The notes beneath the pieces are model-generated. The model worked only from the letters and a program-made list of their open reading frames with translations. It did not search any database and was not told where the DNA came from. The translations under genes were made by a program, and so were the position numbers. A stretch of DNA of 64,000 bases, from assembly GCF_009914755.1 (NCBI RefSeq), contig NC_060927.1; one strand, given 5' to 3'. Below, in pieces: positions 40,030 through 53,786 of this stretch (the stretch's first letter is position 1; every line of letters begins with the position of its first letter). The stretch is from the human T2T-CHM13v2.0 reference genome, Homo sapiens.

Positions 40030-40605
40030 GCAGAGACATGAAAATTCTAAGAACAAAAAAGAAATGCTAGTGATCAAAAACACTGTAACAGAAATGAAGA
40101 ATGTCTTCAATAGGTTCATCAGTAGACTGGACATGACTGGGGAAAATCCTTGGATCTTGTGGATGTGACAGATAGAAACTTCTGAAACTAAAAAGCAAAG
40201 AGAAAAAAGACAAAAACAAAACAAAACAAAATACAATACCTAAGAACTATGGGACAACTATAAAAGGTATAACGTGTGTGTAAATGAAATCCCAAAAGGT
40301 GAAAAAAGAGAGAAAAGAACAGAAGCACAGATGGGGAGAAAACATTTGCAAAAGACAAATCTGATAAAGTACTGTTATGCAAAATACACAATGAACTCTT
40401 GTAAACTATGGGCTTTGGATGATAAGGATTTGTCAATGTAGGTTCATCAATTGTAACACATGTACCAGTGTGGTGTGGGATACTGACAGCAACGGAGGTT
40501 GTGCGTATGTTGGGGCATGGAGGTATACGGGAACTCTGAACTTCCCACACGATTTTGCTGTGAACCTAAAACAGCTCTAAAAAATTAAGTTTATTACTTT
40601 TTAAA
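40030..40605 (+). mobile_element. L1M (MC/MD-like) mosaic fragments
   Basis: gaaatgaagaatgtcttcaataggttcatcagtagactggaca (ORF1-like), and a 3'UTR-like end ttttgctgtgaacctaaaacagctctaaaaaa. Confidence 0.65.
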
Positions 40606-40923
40606 AACGGAGTAAGTAAATGTCCAACAAATAATGAGTTCATTGAGTGCTAAGTATAATATTTCTTGACTGACAGAGTTGAACTTAGAAACAAAATAAT
40701 AACATAAAGCACTGGGATAACAAGATACAACTTAACAGAAATAAAGTTTTGCATTTAAGCTAAAGAAAACCAACTAATTAAGAGACAAATGCTAGAACCT
40801 GGAAATTTGCAGACAAATCCCTGGGAGTTTTACTTGGCCACAAGCTTAATCATAAGTTGACTGCCTGGTATGGCTGCTAAGCTAAAAAAGGCTTCAGGCT
40901 TCCTCAACAGAAGTACCTGGACC

Positions 40924-41050
40924 CATGGTTTTCAAACTTTAGAAGACATAAAACTCACCCAGTGTACTTGCAAATAAAGTCTGATTTTATATGACTGAGG
41001 GTGCACCCTGAGAATCTGCATTTCTAAAAAAGTACCTCAAGGGACTCTGA
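40924..41050. mobile_element. MER5A-like fragment
   Basis: catggttttcaaactt ... ccctgagaatctgcatttctaa. Confidence 0.55.
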
Positions 41051-41072
41051 AATAAGTGATAAAAACCACTCA

Positions 41073-41373
<301 letters not shown>

Positions 41374-42214
41374 TCTATGTCTATATATAGATCTATCTTA
41401 TCTGCCTATCTATATAACTAGTGCTGGCCACTTCTTCATCTATTAACTAATGAATATATAGGCATTTTTTAATGATTTGGTCACATAGAATGTCTTTCTA
41501 AAAATATTGTTTATGATTATTTGATCTTTAGCAGTCCAAAAGTGTGCAGTCTTTTAAAAAGTGTTTAAGATTCTAAAACAAAAATAAGTTTTGACACATA
41601 CTGTAGTAAGCTTTGATAATCCAGAAAATTTACTGATATAAACTATTAATTCATTCTTGGACATACCAGACAAATGAGATGTTTTGTTTTTCTTTATAAA
41701 TAACTCAGGCAAACTGATAGTTATGGCAGATATCACGACATGTTAAATTGCCCACTTAATCTTTGTTGGTTAATCAGATGATGGTGATAAGAAAAAAACC
41801 TCACACTTTTCCTTAGTAGTTAGCCTTTGGAAAATTAATGAATCTACTATTCCAAACTTAGAATATTCTAATTTCAAAAAGCTTTGTAAAACTTACATCG
41901 CCCTCTAAGACACTCGCAGAACACTGCAGAAGATGAGGGAGACAGAGAACAGCGGGAAGGAAGAAAGTGAGAACTGAAAAGCCTAATCCAGCACAAACTG
42001 AAGTGCAGCTGAATGAATTTCTCTTGCCTGACCTAGTTCAGTAATAAGACAAATTGTTCTAAGAGTAATGGAGCTCTAGCTTGACAGTGACGACTGACAT
42101 AAGCTACAAACTAGGTCCTGACAGGAATGCAAAAAGCCGCAGCATTGTTTCAGTGTTTCCAACAGAGCTCTTGGATTTCTGTACTTGGCCAACATATCCA
42201 GTGGAGGCACTTAC

Positions 42215-42341
42215 CATGATAATCCCCTTGGCTTGGTGGATTGGATAGAATAATCTTCAGGCAACTGAAAGGTGTATAGTCTGTCCTCTTGCCTTCCTTT
42301 CCAAAGCTGTGACAGATGTTGTAAGAGCAACCTTTACCAAA
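42215..42341 (-). CDS. PRIM2: PRIM2-type exon (equivalent to exon 11, residues 341-383, 127 bp) carrying D342G/Y345C/R350C
   Basis: Minus-strand translation [42 protein letters not shown](G) matches recalled PRIM2 [43 protein letters not shown]. Acceptor tccatttcctcccaatcAG (42342-42343), donor GTaagt (42213-42214). Contains C367. Confidence 0.95.
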
Positions 42342-42778
42342 CTGATTGGGAGGAAATGGAAAAAGAGACAAAGTCAGCCAATAATTATACTAGTGAGGTC
42401 AGCAACACAAGCTAGAATCAAAGAGTGCAAAGCAATATTTTCTAGAATAAATTCAGCATTCACAGGCAGATGTACATTCATGCCATGTATATTATTTAGG
42501 TCCTTTATGATACAAATAATTTCTTTTTTAAAAAAAGGTACAAAACTTATAGAAAACAAATTTATCAGGTAGAAGACAGCTAATGTTACCTATACGTTTA
42601 AAGATAAAGTAAATCTTTTCCTGAGAAGAATAATCAATTTGCCCTTCTTCGTTTGATTCCAAAGATTATAGAAGAAAATCAGTTTAGCCTCTTTTCTATC
42701 CACCTTCCCCTAATTCTCCCTGAATTCCTGTATCTAACCCATTCTACTTCCTAAATGCCTATAAAATAGTTAATCCTA

Positions 42779-43088
42779 GGCCAGGTGCAGTGGCTCATGC
42801 CTGTAATCCCAGCACTTCAGGAGGCTTAGACGAGAGGATCGCTTGAGCCCAGGAGTTCAAGACCAGCCTGGGCAACACAGTGAGACCCATCTCTACAAAA
42901 AAATTAAATATTAGCTGGGTGTGGTGGCATGCACCTGTCGTCTCAGCTACTCAGGAGCCTGAGGTAGAATTATCACTTGGGCTGGGGGGTTGAGGCTGCA
43001 GTGAGCCATGATTGTGCCACTGTACTTCAGCCTGGGCAACATAGTGAGACCCGGTCTCAAAATATAATAACAATAATAATAATAACAA
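42779..43088 (+). mobile_element. AluJ with (AAT)n tail
   Basis: ggccaggtgcagtggctcatgcc ... ataataacaataataataataac. Confidence 0.9.
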
Positions 43089-43451
43089 TCCCTTCCTCTG
43101 GATTTCCACTATACAAAGTAGTCAGCAAATGCTTAATGAATGAAGTACTACAACTGCCTCCTACCCAGAATCCTTGCCTCCATGTTCATAAAACAAGCTA
43201 ATGGGACAGAAGGGACTTTGAACTGGGTCAGACAGGAGAACAAAAGGAACCAGCATATAATGAAAAGTGACCAGGTGCCAGGCATTTTGTAGGAGCTTTT
43301 AAAAGTGTAATCCCATTTAATCATTTAGATAATCACAACTCCTCTATGATGCTACACTTGAGAAAACTGAAGTTCAAAGTATGAAGCAATGTGATGCATG
43401 ACAGTTATTAAATGGTAGACATGTACAGACAAGTCTGATTCCAAAACCCAA

Positions 43452-43590
43452 CTCTACAAAAAAATGAAATATTAGCTGTGTGTGGTGGCATGCACCTGTC
43501 GTCTCAGCTACTCAGGAGCCTGAGGCAGTGAGCTATGATCGTGGCATTGCAGTCAGGGCAACAGAGCAATATTCTGACTCTAAGAAAAAT
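43452..43590 (+). repeat. Chimeric Alu fragment whose first 74 bp duplicate 42891-42964
   Basis: 72/74 identity, including non-consensus bases (gtcgtctcagc, ggagcctgagg). Confidence 0.85.
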
Positions 43591-44104
43591 TAAGAATTAA
43601 ATTTAAAAAGTCACTAACCATCATGCATTGGAAAACATTTAATGGAAGCAGAATAATGGGTTGATAGCTTCCTAATGCTATAGTAGACCAAGGAGTACTT
43701 CACACTTTTTTCTTCATGCATGCTGGTACTGAGGTGGGTGCAAAGATCCAATAGACAGATCTTACCTCAAGGAGTTTATGGTCCTGGAGGAACTAATCAA
43801 CTATGTGAATGCGTGATTAATAGAAAATAACATGATAATGTGTCATAAAAGAAGTAAAGTGCTATAAAAATCAAATATGTTATGAAGATAAATCTTCTAG
43901 AGAGGTCTAGGTATAAGTATAGGTAAAATGCTATTGAAATATGTAGGAAGAAGAGATTTTGGACCACAAAATGAAGTATCATTTAAAACGGAGTCTGAAA
44001 GAGAGAAGTTATGTCCTAAAAAGATTTAACTGGAAGTTATTACTTTTAAATATTTTGTTATTTCTTATTACTAAGGAAGTGTGGTATTACAGAAAGAGTG
44101 TGGG

Positions 44105-44319
44105 CTATATTCAATTCACTTCTGACACTAACTAGAGCTCATGCAGATCTCTCATGGATTAAGAGCTCAGTCTCACAAGACTGTGCCCTACTTCATATAC
44201 CAATTGCAAGCAGTAGGTTCCCAAGTCACCACAACTTCTGACCAGTTTGGCCACAAGTGGGAGGTTACCAGAACCCCCTTCTCAGGTTCAGTAATGTGCT
44301 AGAGCAGCTCATAGAACTC
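44105..44319 (-). repeat. Inverted duplicate of MER21 segment 47471-47685
   Basis: 212/215 identical to the reverse complement, with no indels. Confidence 0.95.
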
Positions 44320-44499
44320 CTGGGCTCAAGTGATCTTCCCACCTCAGCCTCCTGGGTGACTAGGACTACAGGTGTGTGTCACCAGACAAGGTCTTGCTAT
44401 GTTGCCCAGGCTGGTCTCAAACTCCTGGGCTCAAGCAATCCTCCCACCTTGGCCTACTAAAGCCCTGGGATTGCAGATGTGAGCCACTATGTCGGGCCC
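44314..44499 (-). mobile_element. Deleted AluJ fragment
   Basis: gaactcctgggctcaagtgatc ... gtgagccactatgtcgggcc. Confidence 0.85.
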
Positions 44500-46469
44500 T
44501 TGGTTGATGATTTTCTAATTCCACTACTAGGTGACACTCATCTGGCATAACAACCCATACCCCATTGGTCAACCAAAAGCAGACAATGTACCTTTGACAA
44601 GATATCTGGCAAGAGCAAATATTCAATACTGGTGGAATCTTGGACAAAAATCTAATTTTCCTGGGAAAGAGGTAGGGGTTAGGGTGGGTGTCCCATGTTA
44701 AGTGGTCATTTGGGCAAAAACTACAAACCTAAAACCAAGTTTCTAAAATGAATTTTAGAGTACGGCAAATGACTGATTTAGTCAAAAATTTATCTTCTAC
44801 TCTGAAAAAAATACATGTTTGTTTAAAAGACAAACCTTGCCACTTTTATACTGGAGCACAATCTTAAACTACCACTCAGTGATCTCTCAAGGCTGGCACA
44901 AACAGAATTATCAGAAGCTGTGAGTGGCTGTGGAGCACATCAAATGTTCCTACATGGTACATTAAGCAACACTTGTTAAATAGTGAGAAGCCAGATTGCC
45001 CAAATAACAAGTCATTTTCAAAGGGCAAAATCTTCAAGGTTCTCACTCTAATAATTAGAGTGAAATGGCTATAAAGAGCTTATAGTTTTTACTGCTATGA
45101 TTCTTTAACTTATAAAATGGATACTGTAGAAAGCTTAGAGAATGATTACTTGGCAATTTTTCATACATGAAATTAAAGTATCATGTAGATAGAAATAAAA
45201 ATAAAACAGATTATTTTGAGTTTATAAATAATTATACATATTGGCAATGAACTGAAACTTAAATACAAAAGGTGGGCAGGCCATATTTTGGAAAACAGGT
45301 AAATCCCCCCTCTTTTAAGTGACTGCAAGACACTTCAGAGTTGCCTTGGCTTGCTTTCTCTGGGCTCATACTAAGAGCAACACACACAGAGTAGGCATTT
45401 TAAAGATCCCAGGCTTGGGAGGCAAAGAAACCTGGGAAAGAATCCCCAGCTTGTCCACTTATAAAGGGTATTACTTCAATCCTCAATTTTCCTAATCTAT
45501 AGGGACAGTAATATTAATGCATTAAATTGCTATGGAGATTATATTAAATTAAATTAAAACATTAAGCAGAGTACCTGTCACATCCTTTGTTCTCAATAAA
45601 TATTAGCTGCTATTGGTGAGGGAAAAACCGGAAAATATTTGGTGTCCTAGTTTAAACACTGACTATGCTACTGCAAAAGACTTCTATTTCAGTAGATACT
45701 AACAGAACCTTTACCTAAAGGTTTAGGGAGAATAAAAGACTCACTAAACTATTCAATTACACTTCTAGTCATCTTCTTAAAATGTCCCCCTTCTTCCAAC
45801 TCCTATCCACAACTCTAACTATTCATACAAACTGGCTCAAATGTCACTTCCTCTGTGGAATCTTCCCAAGCACCCAAGGCAGAAGACATTGCTTCCTCAA
45901 AAGAATGCACAGCAGCAGTTTGTACAGTGCTGTACCTTTCTTGTTGCAATGGAATTTAGTTTTGTATTTATCACTTCTAAACTAGGAATGCTGTTAAGGG
46001 CAGGGACTTGGTTGCGTACTCATCGTAGCATGCCTACTCAGTATCTGATAAAACATCTACTCATAGGAGGTGCTCAATAACCTTCACTTGAATGAAAGAG
46101 CAAATAAGCAGTAGCTGTCTGGAAAGATGAATGTATAAATATGCTTCAAGGGATTTTAACTTATCAGGATTAAATAACTTCAAAAACTTGCCAAATCATT
46201 GCAAGTTTACACGGCTGTGCTATTTTGTTCTTCTGGATAGCTTTTCTTCTTCACTGTAACAACAACAACAAAGACTGAAAAAGAGTTTAAATGATGCCCT
46301 ATATAGAGTATAGTGGATACATTAAAAGATAATAAAAGTAATAAATTTTATTTTCTTTCAAAAATTGCCTCAGTATAGTGGGACTGGGCTGTCCAATACT
46401 TTAAGAGAATAAGAAAGAGAGTCAGAATAAGAGATAGGAAAATACCTTGCTATTTTTTGTGTGAGATTT

Positions 46470-48825
46470 TTTAATTTGAGGTTATAATTTAAATATAGTG
46501 AAATGCAGATATCTTAAGTCTATAGTTTGATCAGTTTGGGTAAGTGACTATACCTATATAACCCACACCCCTACCAGAAGATAGAACATTTCTATCAACC
46601 TGTAGAATTCCCTCTTGCTTCTTCTCAGTCAACATTCCCCTCCCTCCACAACCAGAAGCAACTACTGATCCGATTTTTGTTACCACAGATTAGTTTTAAC
46701 TATTCTATAACTTTATATCAATGGAATCATACGGTATAAAGTATTTTGTGTCTGGCTTCTTTCATGTCCTTTAATGCTTCTGAGATTTATCCTTGCCATT
46801 ACATGTATCAGCAATTTGTTCTTTTTTATTGCCGAGCAGTGTTCTACTGTATGGATATACCAGATTGCTTGTCTAGGCTCTTGCTGATGGGCACCTGGAT
46901 GTGATATTGTGATACAATAAGAAATGTGTATTTGATCCCTGACCCTGGTTCCTCGCAGAGAGTTCCCAAAACTCTTGTAATTTCCTGAGCAAGAGGGATG
47001 CTAGGTGCATCTTTTGTTCTAATATTTGGTCTGTGGCGCCAGTTTCTAACAGAGTTGCTAATCCCTTGGAACTTCCTGGGCATTGATAAGAGTGTCTTTT
47101 GTTCTAATGAGGTGACTCTTGGTGGGCTCCTGGATGGGGGCTGGTCACCAGAAAGACCAAGCCATAATTAGAAGCCTGGAACTTTCAGACACACTATGCC
47201 ATCGTCCAGGAAAAGGAGGGGGCTGAAAAATGAGTTAATAAATGCTCAGCCTGTATGATGAAGCCTCCATAAAAATCCCTAAACTACAGGGTTTAGAAAG
47301 CATCTGGGATGCTGAAGACATGGAGATGATAGGAGGGTGGAACACCCAGAGAGGGCATGGAAGGTCCATGCCGCTTCCTACATATCTTACCCAGAGTACT
47401 TCTTTGTCTGTTCACCTGTATCCCTTAAAACAATCCTTTATAATAAACTGATAAATATAAGTGTTTCCCTGAGTTCTATGAGCTGCTCTAGCACATTACT
47501 GAACCTGAGAAGGGGGTTGTGGTAACCTCCCACTTGTGACCAAACTGGTCAGAAGTTGTGGTGACCTGGGAACCTACTGCTTGCAATTGGTATATGAAGT
47601 AGGGCACAGTCTTGTGAGACTGAGCTCTTAATCCATGAGAGATCTGCATGAGCTCTAGTTAGTGTCAGAAGTGAATTGAATATAGGCTATCCGGCTAGCA
47701 TCAGAGAATTGGTCAGTGTGAGAAAAATCCACACATCTGGTCACTATACCCTTTGTGTTAAGAGTACAGTAGGAGAAAATTGGTTTTTTCCTACCATACA
47801 CACTGGGCTTTTACAGTTTTTGGTTATTCTCAATCAAGTGGCCATGAACATTCTTACATATGACTTTTGTAGGTATATATTTTCATTTCTCTGGGATAAG
47901 TACATAGAAGTGGAATTGCTGCCAAACATTTTCCAGAGTAGTTGTACTATTTTATACCCCCACCAGCAATCACTGACAGTTCTACATTCTCCCCAACATT
48001 TGGTATGATCAATCTTGCTAATTTTAGCCATTCTGGTGGGTAGCCAGTGGCATCTCACTTTGCATTTCCCTGATGACTAATGATCATGAGCACTTTTTCA
48101 TGTGCTTTTTGACCAGTGATATTCCTTATTTTATGAAATGTCTGTTCAAATCTTTTGCCCATTTAAAAATGTTGATTGCCTTCTTTTAATAATTGAATAA
48201 TTCTTTATATATTCTGGACACAAGCCTTTTGTCAAATATAATTGTAACAAAGGCTTATCTACTTGACGTTATCTTCTGATGAGCAGGTGTTTTTATTTTT
48301 GATGAAGTCCAATTTATCAACTTTTTAATGGTAGTGCTCTCTGTGTCCTAAGATAAATTGCAAAGATATTTTTATGTTGTCCTTTAGAAATTGTAATGTT
48401 TTAGCTTTTAAGTCTAGGTCCTGATTCATCTCAAGTTAATTTTTGTCTGTGGTGTAAGGTAGGAATCAAAGTCCTTTTTATTCTGCATGTGGAAAAACAC
48501 CTTTCCGAACACCATATGTTGAAGACACTTTCTTTTTCCCATTAAATCACGTCAGCATCCTCATCAAATTTGACCACATATGTGTAGTTCTATTTTTGGA
48601 ACTGGATCTGACTGGATCAGATCCAACTGGATCCCATTGATCTATATGTCTGTCCTTTTGCCAATAACACAGTCTTGATTACAATAGCTTTAGAGTAACT
48701 TTCAAAGGTAAGTGAGTCCTACTTTGTTCATTTTCAAGATTATTTTGGCTATTCTACGTCCTTGCATTTCCATATAAATTTTAGAATTGGCTTGCCGATT
48801 TCTTTTAAAAAGAGAATGCTGAAAT
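46470..48825 (-). mobile_element. Old L1M (MB/ME-type) 3' region, interrupted by MER21
   Basis: tttgaggttataattt ... aatggaatcatac ... gcatttccctgatgactaatg ... catttccatataaattttagaat. Confidence 0.75.
46900..47802 (+). mobile_element. MER21 solo LTR
   Basis: Starts tgtgatattgtgatacaataagaaatgtgtatttg, ends ...cataca(ca). TSD-like ctgg on both sides. Confidence 0.82.
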
Positions 48826-49510
48826 TTTTAACAATCGGTAGTTTATGTCTTCACAACTGCTATCTGTCCACAAGTAACCAATAACCAGAAAAACAAATAG
48901 CATTTCAAAGAAAAGAAAACTTTCAAGAAAGAAGAAAGACTTTCAAGCCATCATTAATTTAACTGGTGAAAACAAGGACATTAAAATTTCCACCAAACAC
49001 TTTATAAACAACTTCTGTTTGTTTCTTTAGTCATAAACATGAACTATAATCTTTTTTGTGAAAACTTTTAGGTAGGAATTGAATTTAATTAGATACAAGA
49101 TTTCAGTTATGTTCATCACAAAATAGGGAAAGAACATTTTGGTAAGCTATTCTGTTAAAATAATAGAAAGCTAATCTCTCTAAAAGAGAAAAGCTAGAAG
49201 TATTAACTTCCCTCTTCTTTCCAATTCATGTACTGCCTTTGTATACATGTCTAAAATTTGGACTCTTCCAAGCCTACTGGAAACAAGAAAAAAATAAAAA
49301 TAAATGAAACTTGGATCTTACTAAGCTTTCAAACTATCCATGTATTTACCAAACAAATTGTCATCTCTGGTTTTCAAATTTACAAATTCAAGAAATATTG
49401 TACAGAGACTGTATTTACTTGGAGATATTTTTTAGCAAATACTTTATAGGTCTTCATATCCACAACTCAAAGGAAAACCTCTAAGCATTGGGTATGAAAA
49501 GAGGTAGGAA

Positions 49511-49796
<286 letters not shown>

Positions 49797-50285
49797 GAGG
49801 TAGGAAGAAATAAATAGAAAACATATGTTTCTGTCTAGGCTCTTCCCTCCCACTCCATTCATTCAGTGTGGGGAAAGGCCAGAAAGTCAAGACAGGTCTG
49901 AAGGTGGGTACGTGGCAGTTTGCAACCTTCAAAATTAGTCCAGACATCCCAGCTGTGGCACTGGCAATACACCAATATGCATTCCTATCAAAGACAGCAG
50001 TAAGTTACTTTCAGAGGCATTGTGTTAAATGATGAACTCAAGAAAAACTGTAAAGCAGGCACACCTTTATCTAGTTCCAACTCTGTTCTCAGAGCCTCTT
50101 TCGCAACTTTGTCTTCTATCCCAAGCCCACCCAGGGTCTAGTGACCTTATTATATTTTTTAAAGTATTTATGCCCAAATCTATTCAAACACTATGGTATA
50201 AACATCTCTTTGCTGACATGGACAGTGCATTGCATGGTCTTCCTTAGAATAAAGTCTTTTCTACAAGGAAAAAAACACAGACTAA

Positions 50286-50597
<312 letters not shown>

Positions 50598-50789
50598 TAC
50601 TACTCCTATTTTCAAAGCAACAAAAACTTCACTATACAAGGTCGGCTTGAACAATAAAGTGAGAATGGTTAAAAAGTATCCTTTAGAGAGAGATTTGTAT
50701 TCAAAAAGGAACATCTTCTTGACCTAAATGAGGCAAAAGAGCCATGTATATGTTCACAGAAATCAGCATAAGGATATGGCATTTAAAAA

Positions 50790-51465
50790 TTTTTAATTTT
50801 TAAATTTATTACACATGCAGGTTTGTTATACCATTATATTGTGTGAAGCTGTTAGGGCTTTTAATGATCCCATCACCCAAGTAGTGAACAAAGTACCCAA
50901 TAAGTAGTTTTTCAACCCTTCTTCTTTTCCCTCTCTCCTGGCTCTAGGTCCTCAGTGTCTATTTTTCCCATATTTATGTCCATGCGTACCCAGTGTTTAG
51001 CTCCTACTTATAAGTGAGAACATGCAGTATTTGATTTTCTGTTCCTGTGTTAATTCACTTAGGTTAACGACCTCCAGCTGCATCCATGCTGCTGCAAAGG
51101 ACATGATTTTGTTCTTTTTATGGCTGTGTAGTATTCCTTCGTGTATATGTACCATATTTTCTTTATCTAATTCACCTTTGATGGGTACCTGGGTTGATTT
51201 CATATCTTTGCTATTGTGAATAGTGCTGTGATAAACATAAAAGTGCAGGTGTCTTTTTGGTAGAACAATTTATTTTCCTTTGAGTATATACCTAGTAATG
51301 GGATTCCTGGGTGGAATGGTAATTCTATTTTAGTTTGAGAAATCTCCAAACTGGGGATTTCCTCAGGGGCTGAACTGATTTGCATTCTCGCCAGCAGTGT
51401 GTAAGGATTCCCTTTTCTCCACAATCTCGCCATCATCCATTAATTTTTGGCTTTTTAATAACAGC
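50790..51465 (-). mobile_element. L1 (L1PA15-16/L1PB) 3' end fragment
   Basis: Minus ORFs 50997-51436 resemble the ORF2p C-terminus (IPLLGIY...TCTFMFITALFTIAK; KYCMFSLISRS). Confidence 0.85.
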
Positions 51466-53786
51466 CAGATACAACATTTCTTCAGGAGGACATTTTAACC
51501 TTCTTTTTAGTGGCAGGTGTTTCTTACCTTCAAGAACTTGGAACTCTAATTTCCATATTAAAAGAAACAAAGTGAGAGTCTGCTAAACTACAAAGTGACC
51601 TCATTATTACTCACCAGTGCCCAGAATTTAGGATACCAAAATCATTAGAAGCAGGTCCTATGAAGATTAGTTATCATAAGTACTAACAGAAACTCAAGCT
51701 CAGCATCAGGGTCACACATATAAGTGAACCTATCAGGAGGAAAAGGGCATGAAACCATCTTATGGCCTTTTCTTAGCACACATTCTTGTGATAATTTTTT
51801 GACCTATTGATTATGTTGTCTTGAGTCACTACCTTAAAGTCTAATGTATAATTTTAATAACCAGAGTGATGTTATAGGCATTTAATATATGGTGCCCCCT
51901 TTTAAATTCTTATGTAACTAAATTACTCAATTACTATCTATTAAACTAAATTTGTAATCAGTCACCTATAGATCCAAATACTTCCCTTTAACTCTTAACT
52001 TCAAACACAGTTTAACTCTTAGAGATCATTGAAACATCACACATATTCTAACCAAACAACACACCAAAGGAGATGTGGAGGCCCCAAGGAGTCCAGGAGG
52101 CAGTAAATACTAATGGTTGAAGTCAGATACTCAAGTTTAAATATTGTCTCTAATACATGCTAGCTGTGTGACCTTGGACAGTTTACTTAACTTCTTTGCA
52201 ACAATTCTCTTTTATGTAAAAAAGGAGTTATATCTATCACATAGGGTTGACTTGGGGATTAAGTTAGCTCATTTTCATAAAGTACTTGGTATAGCGTCCT
52301 GCACACAGTGATAAAATGCTCTCCTTGACCAAACTTTAGTCAGGCTCTTCTGAACCTCATCTCAACTAGGCCTAGAGCTTTGGATTTCTGTGTTCCTCTT
52401 TACATCACCCAGTTGTAACAGGAATCTTACAAGGTCAGTTGAGAAAGAACTCCCCAGATATTGAAATCACCCTCAATATCTGATCAAATTCCTCACTGCC
52501 ACCCTTGGTATCTTATCACCCTGGCCAACCTGCAGCAAGGATCCTGTTAGTTCTGTTTAACCAGAATCGCCTTACCTGTGATGTTTCTTTCCTCTTAGTA
52601 ATTTTTCATCCACTGACCCCCATCCCTGCTCTCTTGACCATGCTATTTGGAATTAGGAATCCCCACTTGTGCATGCTCTCTATATGGAATTAAGCCCAGT
52701 TCTATACTGGAATCCCTTCTTCTATTGCAGCTTTTCCTGAATAAAATCTGTTTTTACCATTTTAACTACTATCTCTTATTTTTCTTTAACAGTTTTTCGT
52801 CCATGATTCAGATCTGGATCTGAACCACCATTAGACTCTTGGACACAATAACCAATCTCTAAGCATACACCAAGACTTTGTCTTCAGTCTGCTTGCTTTT
52901 TGGGTATCTGGTGGTGAGTGACTCCAATATCCAGTGCTCCAGATAAATGTCCATCGAATCACAGTGAGGAAAGATTTTGATTAAGATTCTGATTACATTG
53001 TCTGAAGCTGGATTAGAGGCCCAGACTTCTTTGTTTGAAAGGCATCTACTCAGCTAGACGTCTTTCTTTCTGGGGCTCACTGCGTCAAGAAGACATTTAC
53101 TCCCTGACTCCTGAGCCTGGCTCTTGGCTGGAAAATTCTTCCTGGATCTTTGTCTCCTGGGATGAAGACTTTTCCTGGCTCTTTGTTTCCAGTGGGGATC
53201 CACTCCCCAGTGCCTGGGCTGGAATTTTTTCCCTGCTCTTTATAAGGCCTCTCTCTTCTGTCTGTTTAATCCTGCTTCTCCCATGGGAACTTCTCAATTG
53301 AAACCTCACTTTATCAAACTCCTGCTTTGCCACTATAGTTCTAATACTGTCTGCTTGCTTTCTCACTGGCAAAGCCTTACCAAAAACTCTCTTCAGCTAT
53401 GGTGGGGGCTCCTCGTATATCCCTAAATTAGTCCATCTAAAAACAGCCCTAGAGCAAAAAGGAACAAAGCTTTTGGATGCACAGCGGTCTGCTTATTTCA
53501 CTTGGTATTAAGAAGCCAAAAAACAGCTAAATAATTCAAATCTCAGTCAAACTACTGAGGCTCTTTCGCACTGTCTGTAGAAAAATTTTTCTGACTCAGT
53601 AAAGTTCCTAGAGCTCTCAACAGCACCTCCATATTCCCCTCCCAGCTTTCCTTTATAGCCTCCTCTCCCAAACTCTCTTCCACCATCTGCCCCCTCCTCC
53701 AGTCCCTCACCTCCCTGTAACCAAAAGGTTCACTGGCCTCCATCTCCTTCAGATGAAGCCCAGGATCAGCCAGTACCTGTTCCCAA

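Larger units (their letters stand above)
37885..40030 (+). mobile_element. L1PB/L1PA-old ORF2 fragment in intron 11, interrupted by two Alus
   Basis: ORF 38716-39096 contains [13 protein letters not shown]...[14 protein letters not shown]. Confidence 0.88.

Noticed and set aside
42150-42371. 73-aa ORF as a standalone gene
   Set aside because: It is exon 11 plus intronic flanks; the apparent start lies in the polypyrimidine tract.
44105-47685. The 215-bp inverted repeats as terminal inverted repeats of a new DNA transposon
   Set aside because: One arm is an internal, uninterrupted part of a MER21 LTR, there is no flanking TSD, and no transposase lies between them.
48601-48635. Three copies of actggatc (and similar ttgttctag repeats at about 31852-31900)
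   Set aside because: Small slippage repeats inside decayed L1 with no sign of function.
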